NCBI GenBank assembly: GCA_964016885.1
Contig: OZ024740.1
Location: forward strand, 117,924,001-117,988,000
Length of the DNA: 64,000 nucleotides
Direction: 5' to 3'
Source of the DNA: Eledone cirrhosa
Lineage: Eukaryota
Made by a program: the position numbers and the translations under genes. Positions 26,406 through 37,330 of the stretch are shown piece after piece. Position 1 is the stretch's first letter. Each line of letters opens with the position of its first letter. The notes under the pieces were generated by a model that saw only the letters and a program-made list of their open reading frames with translations, searched no databases and had not been told where the DNA came from.

Positions 26406-26570
26406 AGTTTATCCCGGGTTCAATCGGGGGTAACCACAGTAAGTAAGGTACTCAATACAAAGCAGAGTATAAATATTTAATATAGAAAAGGCTTCTACAG
26501 GACTAGAACTGTTTTGATGATTTCTCCCGAATGAAACAGCTCTAGTCCTCTAAAATCATTTTTTATATTA
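26406..26570 (-). mobile_element. Sibling of the 1631-1833 HHR foldback element
   Basis: ggtaaccacagtaagtaaggtactcaataca matches the reverse complement of ~1782-1812. Contains tgatgatttctcccgaatgaaacagctctagtc. Confidence 0.75.
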
Positions 26571-27125
26571 TATATATATATATAAACAAATATATATGTA
26601 TATAAATATATATATATACACACACACAAAAGTCAACATATGTGCAAAGAGAAAACACAATTATTTCTTTAATAGTTTTTTCTTTAACGTAAAGTTAGTG
26701 AACTATTTTAGTGGGTTTTAGGTCAGTTAAGCTGATTAGTTTTCAGTATAAAAGAAGGAAAATAATGTCTTGTCTTATTAAGAACTTTTCCCCAATACAT
26801 CACCTGGAACACTCTCGTTGTCTTTAAAGGTTTCCAATAATCTTTCAAAATATTATCACCTGCATTAGTGACGAAATATCGACGGATCGTTTTATTTTTC
26901 TAAAACAATATTCTTTAGTCACAGATGGGCAAAAAATGAACATAAACTTACTACTAAGGAAGATCAACCGAATGGATTTTCCATGAAGAAAAACAGGTGG
27001 AACGCAATCCTAAAAGATAAAAGGTGTTATTAGCAAGAAGTAGTGAAGAAAGGTGCTTTAACAAACGAACCACTTTAACTATAGTTACACTCATACCTAC
27101 TACACACACACACACCCACACACAC

Positions 27126-27765
27126 ATATAAAACAGAGATAAACACAGATATATACATATATGTGTTCAAATCGTAAGGGACTAGATTCGCTAGGGTGAA
27201 AAAAAATCTCTTTCCTTGAGCTATTTAATTGTAAGACTTAATATATACCTTTGATATATTCAGCTCCTTGAATTTGTAGAGCTAATTTAAATGTCGAGTA
27301 AACTTGGCTGCTATTTTTAGAAATATACGTTTATGAGACACGCTATGATCTGATGCCATGTGCGTTATTTTATATACGCACACTATTCAGTCTTCTGAGA
27401 TACTTAGACGCGAAGGGTTTACTAATTTTACACCCACTGATGAGCAAAAGAATTGGCAATTCCCTTCACTAAAATAGCGAAACAGCATTACCTAAAGCTG
27501 TCTGGGTGTCTGGCAGTTGCCGCAATGTCGGTTTGTATTTCTTTTGTTGATTTATTCTTTTAAATTGAGTCTGACAAACCCTATTGTTCATACTTAATAT
27601 TTTTTCACCCTAGCGAATCTGGCCCCTTACGATATATGTTTATATCTGTGTTTATCTTTCTTTTATATTTAATATATATTACAAGGCCAGGAAAAATCTT
27701 TCCTTGAGCTATTTAATTGTAAGAGACTATTTTGAGTTTCAACTCAATGTATATCTTTGATATAT
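27126..27765. repeat. Inverted (27126-27207 / 27599-27668) and direct (27202-27259 / 27692-27765) repeats around a hammerhead
   Basis: atcgtaagggactagattcgctagggtgaaaa versus ttttcaccctagcgaatctggccccttacgat. The motif tttccttgagctatttaattgtaaga occurs twice. Confidence 0.8.
27430..27509 (+). ncRNA. Type I hammerhead ribozyme, canonical core
   Basis: acaccca-CTGATGA-gc...gc-GAAAC agc attacctaaa gct GTC-tgggtgt. 7-bp stem I, G-C at the base of stem II, 5-bp stem III, GUC triplet. Confidence 0.85.
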
Positions 27766-28342
27766 ATATATATATATAGATAGGGAAGCAGAAAATTGCT
27801 TATTGTGATCCAGTTCGTGGTTAAGAAAGCCAGTTTTATGGACGGTTTCAACGTACGGTTAGCGGTAACTCCACAAGTTTGTAAGAATTCCGATCAATCT
27901 TGGAGTATAAAGTATAAAAGAGAAAACACAGGTAAGCATTAAGAGAAGGATTTTATCCAGGTATTTACGACCGTTTCATTGGTAAGTGCAACCTTATATT
28001 GCTATACTGCAAATAATAGCCACTCAATTATAATTGATGTTCACGTCTAAATTTTCAAAATAGTGAATAAGTTACTCTTGAAATAGTTCTTAATATATAG
28101 AGAAAAACATTTTTTTGGAATTGTATTTACTAGTATAGAGAGAGAGGAAGAGGAATTAGAAGGTGAGGGGACAAACGGAATAGTATAGAGAGAGAGAAAG
28201 GGGGAGAATAATTAGGAATTAGTGACAAACTGAGATGGAGGGAGGGTAGAGGTGGAAGGATTCCTTGTTCAGTTTTGATATGTAGACTTCATGTCGTCGA
28301 ATGTAGTGAGTTAAAGAGAATTAAATTGATCATAGTGGGAGG

Positions 28343-28384
<42 letters not shown>

Positions 28385-28401
28385 AAGAGGGAAAGAGAGA
28401 G

Positions 28402-28441
<40 letters not shown>

Positions 28442-28687
28442 GAGGTATAAAGAGATAAATATATATATAAAAAATAAGGATAATAATAATAATGATAAAA
28501 TTAAAAGTAAAGAAGGGGAGAGAAAGAAGAAAAGAAAACATAGCCAACAAGGGGAGGGAAGAAAAAAAAAGAAAACGAAGAAATAGAAGATGAATGAAGG
28601 AGAAGGGAGGGATATAGGTATTGGTTTTTGTGTTTAATTAAATGGGTTAGATACAATAAGAGGGTATAAAGTCTTAGTATATGCAGT

Positions 28688-29560
28688 TTGTCAACATCGA
28701 AATCAAACAAGTCACGCAGTAGAAAATATATTTCGTATAACCCCATATTTAACACCTCTATTCGTACTAACCTACCCTCTATCTTCTTTAGAATAATAAA
28801 TAAGCACTTTCCAGATACACATAGATACAGCAAAATCCTTAACATTAAATCTATTAAACTATCTTACTCCACGGCACCAAATATAGAGGCACACATTAAG
28901 ATGCTTAACGCTAAAAATATACATAACAACACCAGAACACATATTTATAACAATAACAATACAATTACCATTGAACACAACAGAATATCTAATACACAAC
29001 CACCCACTAATAGGCAAACAAAACGTAACACACTTGTACAGGCATCGCAGCCCACCAATAATGCCAAAGTTGCCCATGACAAGAATTGTAACTGCCACCT
29101 ACCTGAAACCTGTCCATTACATAATGAATGTATGCAGTCTAACCTGGTTTACAAATGCACAGTGGAATCAGACAACCAGAATTGGTATTACATCGGAGCG
29201 ACTGGGAATACATTTAAAGCCCGTTGGTATACACACCGTTACGCAATGAAACATTCCCAGCATCGTTATGTAACTACCCTTGCAAACAAGACATGGCAAC
29301 TGAGGGAAAGTAACCATCAATACACCCTGAAGTGGAAAAAATTATCGAACGCGCCTCCACATCGGAGTGGTATGAGAAGCTGTCGATTATGTGACCTTGA
29401 GCTGTTCCACATTTTGACTTCGAAGAATAAGTTACTCAACAATAAAATCGAAAGATCAATTTATTATAACCATAGACTCAAAGAAAAGTTTTCGCACTAC
29501 AAGTGCAAATCGAACCCTTAACCTCTTACTACCAACTGAAAAACTGCATATAGTTAGACT
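28688..29560 (+). mobile_element. Penelope-like 3' fragment (CxC..C linker + GIY-YIG)
   Basis: ORF 28688-29521: YNPIFN...IKLSYSTAPN...CNCHLPETCPLHNECMQSNLVYKC...YYIGATGNTFKARWYTH. Confidence 0.88.
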
Positions 29561-31190
29561 TGGTAGTTTAGCTAAATTTGAAGCTGTGATGTTATGTGCA
29601 AGGTTAGGAGTTGTAGAGTAAGAAATTTTAATGATATTTCTATTAAAAATGTTACTATATTTATGTGTTGGGGGAAAATGCTTCATAATAAGGGAGAGAA
29701 AGATCTTAGCTAATGGTGTGGCTACCTCCATATTATATGTTGGGTTATACCACATAATGTGTCGGGATCTAATTTTTCTAGGTCTATTCTCGTACTCTGT
29801 ATATGCGATCTTATCGACAAATCCACTCCGAGCAAGAGCTTCATTGTAAATGTGGAATGGTCGTTGAAAATATGGTCGTTAATAGATAGACGGGAAAGCC
29901 TCAAAGAAACGTTTCTTACCAGGTTCTTGGTTATGCTGGCAGGATGGTTAGAATGCTTACTTATGTAATTAAGCGTATCATTCGGTTTTCTATCCGGGTA
30001 GTGCAAACCATTCAATAAATTGAGGGTAACGTCGAGGTAACTAACGACCCAGAGGTTAGCCTCAACCTGTATAGAGAGGTTGAAGCCTTTAAAGAAGGCT
30101 GTGAGTTCTTTACTGAACCTGTCGCAAGCACGTGGGCCGCACTTTGTCATGGTCAAAAGATCATCATCACGGTACAAACCACCGCCCACGTTGGGGAATT
30201 CTTCCTTGATAGAGAAAAGAAGGAAAAGGCCGATAAGATCAGTAACCTCCGCAGAATCACATAGTCACCTCGAATGGGATACTATTAGATTTTTTATTCC
30301 AAATAGAGTCGTCGAAATTAATCAACGACTTACGGGAATTGAGGATAACATCAACTTCGAAATCCTTAACCACTGTGACTGTTTTAGCGAAATTGATAGC
30401 TCTAAGGAGAAGTGGTAAAGTGATGGAGGAGTAGTAATTATTGATGTCGAATTGGATAAAACGGCAATGTTCCTTGTTGCATATACCGTTGAACCAATCA
30501 AGCACCCCGAAAGAATTGTTCCACAGTGCAAGAGGGGCCAAACTTCTAATTTCAGGTATAATCCTATCTAAAATCCTTTTACTAAGTCTACCTAAATCGG
30601 ACTTCGTAGGGTTAATAAGCTGAATAGAGAGGTTGTTCGGAAAATTGGATTTGTGATCCTTCAGGGTAAAGTGGGGAGAAATAGGGTCCAGAGGTTGAGT
30701 CCGGTCCAGGATGTTGAGATCAGAGGTGATTTTAAACCCAGCATCGTTGATTTCATTTATGACGCTCCGATTAGTTTTACGGTAATCCTTAGTTACAGCA
30801 TTATGTAGCAGTTGATGGTAAGTACTGCGCTCCACTTGATATAGATTGCCAGTTTTGTCGGAATGTATGTGCACGGCATTAGAATCCTTAATAGAACAAA
30901 TTCTATTCTTCAGGTCCTGCTGGAAGGAATTGATCCTATTCCGAAATTTGATACTCCGAATGAGTTTCAAGACATCATTTTCGAAGGGTAGCAATGCTGG
31001 GTTACTCGGAGTGTTATTATAAGTTTTAAACCCAAATTTATCCTGTTTGTTGTCTGCTTTTCCCTGATTATCGAAATAAAAGGCACGTCAAAGCAACCTT
31101 TTAATGAACGCGTCTGTTTTCTGTATCAGGAGCTTTAGATATGATTTCCTGCTTGGTACGGGTATGTTCTTTGTAGAACTATTCAGAGAT
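29561..31190 (-). mobile_element. Penelope-like 5' part (N-terminus + RT), truncated before the endonuclease
   Basis: KNIPVPS N-terminus near 31170, LINPTKSDLGRLSK, FIQFDINNYYSSI, GGLYRDD, SYLDVTLNL, WYNPTYN. Confidence 0.88.
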
Positions 31191-31346
31191 TGTTTTTCAC
31201 CGCTCCAAATAATGACGTATTATCTTCGTTTTTTCCCGTTCTTTGCCAGCGAACGTTTCCACGAACCAAAGTATCGTCTTCCTGTCTTCCTCCGGCTGCA
31301 ACGTTTTTTGAAATATTTACTTCTGCGTTCACAGATTGACTTTTTT

Positions 31347-31397
31347 AGTTTCAGAAGATCCCGTTAAGGGTGAAAGCAGCGATTCTTTGCTTAAACT
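31347..31397 (+). ncRNA. Hammerhead-like motif (CAGAAGA core variant)
   Basis: agttt-CAGAAGA-tccc gttaa gggt-GAAA gca gcgattctt tg-CTT-aaact. Confidence 0.55.
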
Positions 31398-31501
31398 TTA
31401 ATCTGTTATTTTAATAAATATTTGCTCTACGGTTGTTATATATTTGATATATATTTATCCTTATCGTGCCCTCTTTGGATTTTAGTTTTCAAATTTATTA
31501 T

Positions 31502-31542
<41 letters not shown>

Positions 31543-31721
31543 GATATGTTGTAGGTCGCTTTAACCAGTCTTTTATTATTCAAAAACTTCTTGCCAATAA
31601 ACATGAACCCTTTGTGCGCCATTCATCTAACTGTAGACCAACAAATACCAAGTAAACGGAGCGTTGACAAGAACGATGGCAAATGAATCTTCGAGGTATG
31701 TAGTTTCCTCCCGAGCTGTTA

Positions 31722-32358
31722 CAAACAATCTTCTAAATAAATAAAAAAACGATTTAAATATTCACCTGTTCTATTGCTGTTACAGACGGTTTCACTAATC
31801 AAAAGATTGGAAATCCAGAGAATTTCCAATGGAAAGAATTAGATCTTCAGACAGCTATTTCCATGCCATAAGGGTGCAAACCTCATAGTAAGTCAATATT
31901 TCGCTTACTGCCCGACGCATGCGGTCAAGCCGTTGAAGTGACGCACACGCAAAATTAGGCCACAAGTAAAAGCGGTTTATGATAAACTTGCTGATCATGC
32001 CGCTAAAAATAGCAGCGCAATACAACGTTTTGTTCTCTACATAAGGTGAAAAATTATAAAAGGGTATGGATATTCCAACAGGCACTAGGTACCTACAGAA
32101 ATATGCATGGTGTTTATAATAGTTGTGGTTCGATGGTACTAATTTGAGATACCAGAAATATAAAAATGAGCGTAGCAAGCAATTATCAAACAATCTTTTA
32201 AATAAATTAAGAAACGTCCATTATAAATTCTCAGGATTTCCAATCTTTTGATTAGTGAAACCGTCGGTAACAGCAATAGAACAGGTGAATATTTAAATAA
32301 ATCGTTTTTTGATTTATTTAAAAGATTGTTTGATAATTGCTTGCTTCGCTCATTTTTA

Positions 32359-32361
<3 letters not shown>
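31722..32361. repeat. Nested inverted repeats (31722-31825 / 32225-32332; 32158-32207 / 32312-32361)
   Basis: Directly visible reverse-complement matches, ending in (TA)n. Confidence 0.85.
31776..31855 (-). ncRNA. Type I hammerhead with extended stem II
   Basis: Minus strand: gctgt-CTGAAGA-tctaat...ttggaaat..atttccaa...attagt-GAAAC cgtct GTA-acagc. Confidence 0.7.
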
Positions 32362-32390
<29 letters not shown>

Positions 32391-32942
32391 CCTTATGGTT
32401 TAGCGAACATTTATTATAATGTTCAGTTTGTTTGTAAACAAACAGCCCGAATTAAGCCGTACAGTGTTCGGCAACTATCGTTGCTCTTTTGTTCAACACT
32501 GACAAAGGAACGATGATCTAGTTTCTAGCTTATTAGTTGTCATCAGCACCGTATACCTTCCTGTCAGTCGATTGAACGTTTGAAAGTATATACTTTTCTT
32601 ATGTATATTAACGGCTGAGCAGCCTAATTTGCATATCGAGTGAGTTAGTCAGCCGGGCGTACAGAAAACGATCAATGGAAAAAATGAGATTTCATTTCTC
32701 ACTCTTAGTACGGCTGATACTTAAATATAAGAATGTATACGTACATACATATATGTATACAGACGTACAGTAGTATGTATATACATACATGCACAAATAT
32801 ATATATATATATATATATGTACGTATGGGTTTACCGAATATTTATTATAATGTTAGGTTTGTTTGTAAACAAACAGCCCGAATTAAGCCGTACAGTGTTC
32901 GGCAACCATCGTTGCCCTTTTGTTCAACAATGGCAAAGTAAA

Positions 32943-32981
32943 GATGAACTAGTTTCTAGCTTATTAGCTGTCATCAGCATC
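32943..32981 (-). ncRNA. Minimal type I hammerhead
   Basis: Minus strand: gatg-CTGATGA-cagct aata agcta-GAAAC ta GTT-catc. Sibling copies at 32510-32552 (-, triplet mutated to GAT) and 33494-33536 (+). Confidence 0.7.
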
Positions 32982-33493
32982 GTATACCTTCCTGTCAGTC
33001 GATTGAAAGTATATACTTTTCTTACGTTTGAAAGTATATACTTTTCTTATGTATATTAACGACTGAACAGCCTAGTTCATCGTTCCTTTGTCAGTGTTGA
33101 ACAAAAGGGCAACGATGGTTTCCGGAGACTGTACGGCTTAATTCGGTCTGTTTGTTTACAAACAAGCCGAACATTATAATAAATGTTCGGTAAACCCATA
33201 CGTACACACATATATATATATATATATAAATATGTATATATATATATGTGCATGTATGTATGCATATACATACTACTGTACGTCTGCATACATATAATAT
33301 GTACGTATACATACTTAAATTTAAGTATCAGCCCTTACTAAGAGTGAGAAATGAAATCTAATTTTTTCCATTTATCGTTTTCGGTACGCCCGGCCGACTA
33401 ACTCACTCGATATGCAAATCAGGCTGTTCAGCCGTTAATATGCATAAGGAAAATTTATAATTTCAAACGTTCAATCGACTAACAGGAAGGTAT

Positions 33494-33536
33494 ACGGTGC
33501 TGATGACAGCTAATAAGCTAGAAAATATTTCATCGT
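33494..33536 (+). ncRNA. Minimal type I hammerhead (stem III variant)
   Basis: acggtg-CTGATGA-cagctaataagcta-GAAAA ta TTT-catcgt. Confidence 0.65.
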
Positions 33537-33654
33537 TCCTTTGTCAGTGTTGAACAAAAGGGCAACGATAGTTGCCGATCACTGTACGGCTTAATTCGGG
33601 CTGTTTGTTTACAACCAAACCGAACATTATAATAAATGTTCGGTAAACCCATAC

Positions 33655-33732
<78 letters not shown>

Positions 33733-33928
33733 ATGTAAGTATGTATATACATACTACTGTACGTCTGTATACATATATGTATGTACGTATACATACCTAT
33801 ATATATATATATAAAATGATAATTAATATCATTGAATATTATACTCCAGAAAACTTGTCGAGTACTTTGAATCAGTTATAAACATTTATATTTGTTGAAT
33901 TACCAACAAATTGAATATCCCTTTTGCT

Positions 33929-33960
<32 letters not shown>

Positions 33961-33984
33961 ATCTTCGCCCACTTATTTCCTCTC

Positions 33985-34860
33985 AAAGCACCGTATAGTG
34001 TGAGCAGAAACTCTCCCCAACTGATCCGGCTGGATCCCCAAGCGAGACCAACTGATCTCATAGATTTTATCCAACTAAATTATTCGGGGTCTATCCACAT
34101 GTCCTTAATAATGGAACTATGGTATCTCAATACGGAGAAGTGGTGGTTCAAACTCTAGTGACTCATCGTATTCTTTCGGTCATCACCCAAGATTCCTGAC
34201 CATATTTAAAGGTTGGCATGAATACGGAATTGGAGATAGCCAGCTTGGGTTTTACACCTAGCTACCTTCTACAGTTAACCGCATGCTGAAGCTAGGGTAT
34301 CAGTGCTTCAGTTCCTACAATTTAACTCCGCCTGCTGACTTTAATTAATCGTGAATAAGCCACCCAGCTACTTGAAATTCTCCACCAGCTTCAGTGTAAC
34401 TCCACGCACATGTACAGTGCATTGCGCAGAATTCCTTCAGAGGACGAGGTTGTCAATCCTCGCAGCACAGAATTTCATTCCAGCCGTGCAAGACTCAGTA
34501 TCAGTCCTATCCATATGCATGTCCGAGTTGACCCGACGAATTAAGTAACAGCATAGCGTTTGGAAATTGCAGTCGCCGACCGATCGTACTTCCACTATCA
34601 TTGTACCACACTCAACCTAGCTGCATTTGTTGATCCAGTTCATGAAGTTTTGGCACAGTCCGACTCTCACATTGAATGGTTTCGATTTAGCAACATTTAT
34701 TCGAATACAAATACTCGGGCATTAACGAAGAAACATTAGAGAAACAAAAAGTTGTCCATGGATTCCATAATCCTGCAGAACCTTCCCTAGCAGGTCCCTT
34801 GGAACACGGTCGTATGTTCTTTAGAGAAGCAAGAATAAACCCTTTGGTAGTGCCCAACGA
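33985..34860 (-). mobile_element. RTE-type LINE 3'/RT fragment, decayed
   Basis: Similar to 51570-52700, e.g. ctgcagaaccttcc.tagcaggtccc.ggaac.cggt and gagacca.ctga.ctcat.gat..tatccaac. Confidence 0.6.
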
Positions 34861-35093
34861 TTTATCTGTTACGTTTCATCGACTCAAAATCAATTTACAG
34901 ACCAATTTTCAGATGCTAATCCGTCAGAGTATTGCATTTGAGAACAGTGACAAAACCTCCATCAGTTGCAGGTGAGACACAAACAGTAACAACAGCATCT
35001 GTAACAACAACAACAACTGCAGCAGCAGCATCAATATCAGCATCAGCATCAGGATTAAAAAAACTCAATATAATTAAAAATCAAGAACACACG

Positions 35094-35162
<69 letters not shown>

Positions 35163-35759
35163 CTCTCTCTCTCATTCCAGTGCCCTTTCCTTCTCCAACC
35201 TCTCTTTCCTCTTTTACTCCCACCCCGCTCTGCCTTCTCTCTCTCCTTCCCTTTTCAAACACAAACACACATATAGATGCACACACTAATGTACCCTTAG
35301 TCCTATCCGAATCCGACCTTTCTGACAGAGGGTCTCCATCTCGAGCTGAGGACAATGGGAATCACAAACATAAAAAATCAAATTGTACAAAAAAAAAAAT
35401 GAAAGAAACAGCAACACCATTTCTTAACCCCAAACCTCAATCCTCACACCTTTTATATCACTTTAAATGCAATGACTACCAAGTATTAACCAGTTACTTA
35501 GGGAAGGCATCGTTGAATATACTTCAATTAGATTATATATGCGGGAATTGGCGTCATCTTCCTGCTTCTCGCGGATTTTACAGCCATCATCAAAACACAA
35601 GGCTGGAAAGTGGTTTCTGTATTTTAAATTTAAACAAACCTCAAGCGGTAGTACCAGAACGTTGTGCGCTGAGAGCTCCCCATACTCTGATCAAGAGATT
35701 TTTAAGTCCCGAAATATTAGGACGAAAAAAATGTATGTATATACATATATATATGGTGC

Positions 35760-36145
35760 TAAACGAGAATGCTACACGAGAGTGCTACACGAGAATGCTG
35801 AGGATCGATCGGCTCTGAACATTAATCAGTATACACTGAGGAAGAAGAGCTCAGAGCTGTACGGGAGCCTCCCAAAGTCATTGGAATTAACATAGAAGAG
35901 ACTGAGGTTAGCTGGACATGCTCACAGACATTAAGAGTTGACACTTCACATAGTGGTCATGTGGGAGCCCCTACACGGACACACTAGAAGAGGGAGACCG
36001 AGGTTGACATATATTGATGCCCTAAGGACAGACACTGGTATCTGGGAGACGCAGGACATGAATAAAGGCGGCGGCGATGAAGAAGGACAGAGACCGCTGG
36101 AGAGAACTCGTCCATGGATCTCGGGAATTTTACCCGCCCTAGACA
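35760..36145 (+). mobile_element. RTE-like LINE 3' fragment
   Basis: YTRMLRI, RRLRLAGHAHRH, WEPLHGHTRRGRPRLTYIDAL. Confidence 0.7.
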
Positions 36146-36178
36146 GATAGATATGTATGTATATATATATATAGAGTG

Positions 36179-36217
<39 letters not shown>

Positions 36218-37330
36218 GTATATCTATATTAAAACTATATATATATATATATTCATTACAATGCTATTTATTGTTATATTTTTAAAGCACTCTATAACCC
36301 AGCTAATCCAGGACATATAGAATATACACACTCATAAATATGCCTTTTGTTGTTTTATTTTGTTCTATTATGCTGTTTACTTTTGTGGGAACATGTGTGA
36401 AGAGAATTTAATAGCTTAAATTTTATCTTTGCTATTTTTGAATTATTATTCTTTTCATTATTATATATAAATACGCACACATACATTAACCACCCCCCAT
36501 CACCACCACCACAACCATCATAAACACACATGCACACACTCTCACACACACATATACTGATATATACACATTGTTTAAGCTGGGATTTGCTGCTACAGAT
36601 TAATTGAGAGAAACACGCTCGGCCGAAACAGATTATAAGAAATACCCGCCTTTTTCTTTAATTCTCTTTCCGACTAATAGTTGTTTACGAACAACGAATC
36701 TCCAGGATGTCTGTACGTCTGGAACATTGGATGTATTATAGTTAATTTCTCCAATATATCGGTACAAAAACTCTATAGAACATAATACATGAAAGATTTT
36801 TTCTTCTCATATTTCAAGCGAGAATGTGTGATAAGAATATAAAGTAAAAAATTAATAGGTTGTCTTGGCATTCTTTTAAAAAAGGAAATTCGACTTTCTT
36901 TAACGTACCGTATTCTTCTGCGATAATCAATACGCGTAGAGGTAAAAGAAAATACAATACTATGATAGAAGAAAATGGGAAAGATAGCAAATAATAACAG
37001 CTCCTCTGTTACAGAATAAGAAATTATGAAGTATACAAGAAAATGAAGAAAACCTGCGAAAAAGAAGAAATAAATATGATGGGAAAAGTGATATATATAT
37101 AGGGCTCTGCATGAACACTAAAAACCTTTCCTGTTCTCCAATGTCCAGCCACAAGAATCACTATGAAAACAAATAAAAATTGAACTGCAGATATTTCGGA
37201 AACATAAGCCAAACCCTGTAGTCTGAGCTTCCCAAACACTGAGTCACTATCCAAATTGAATTCCGTAAGGGTATTGGTGACAAAATATTTTACATTTGAA
37301 ATAATTGATAAACTGTAAAATGTTCTTCAA

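Larger units (their letters stand above)
32394..33797. repeat. Tandem ~430-450-bp HHR-bearing units forming a large inverted repeat (switch at ~33073)
   Basis: The unit beginning ccgaacatttattataatgtt.. recurs at ~32405 and ~32835, then in reverse orientation across 33075-33797. Confidence 0.9.

Noticed and set aside
27830-28060. Two minus-strand GAAAC..GTC/GTA hammerhead 3' halves
   Set aside because: No convincing CUGAnGA core or stem I partner.
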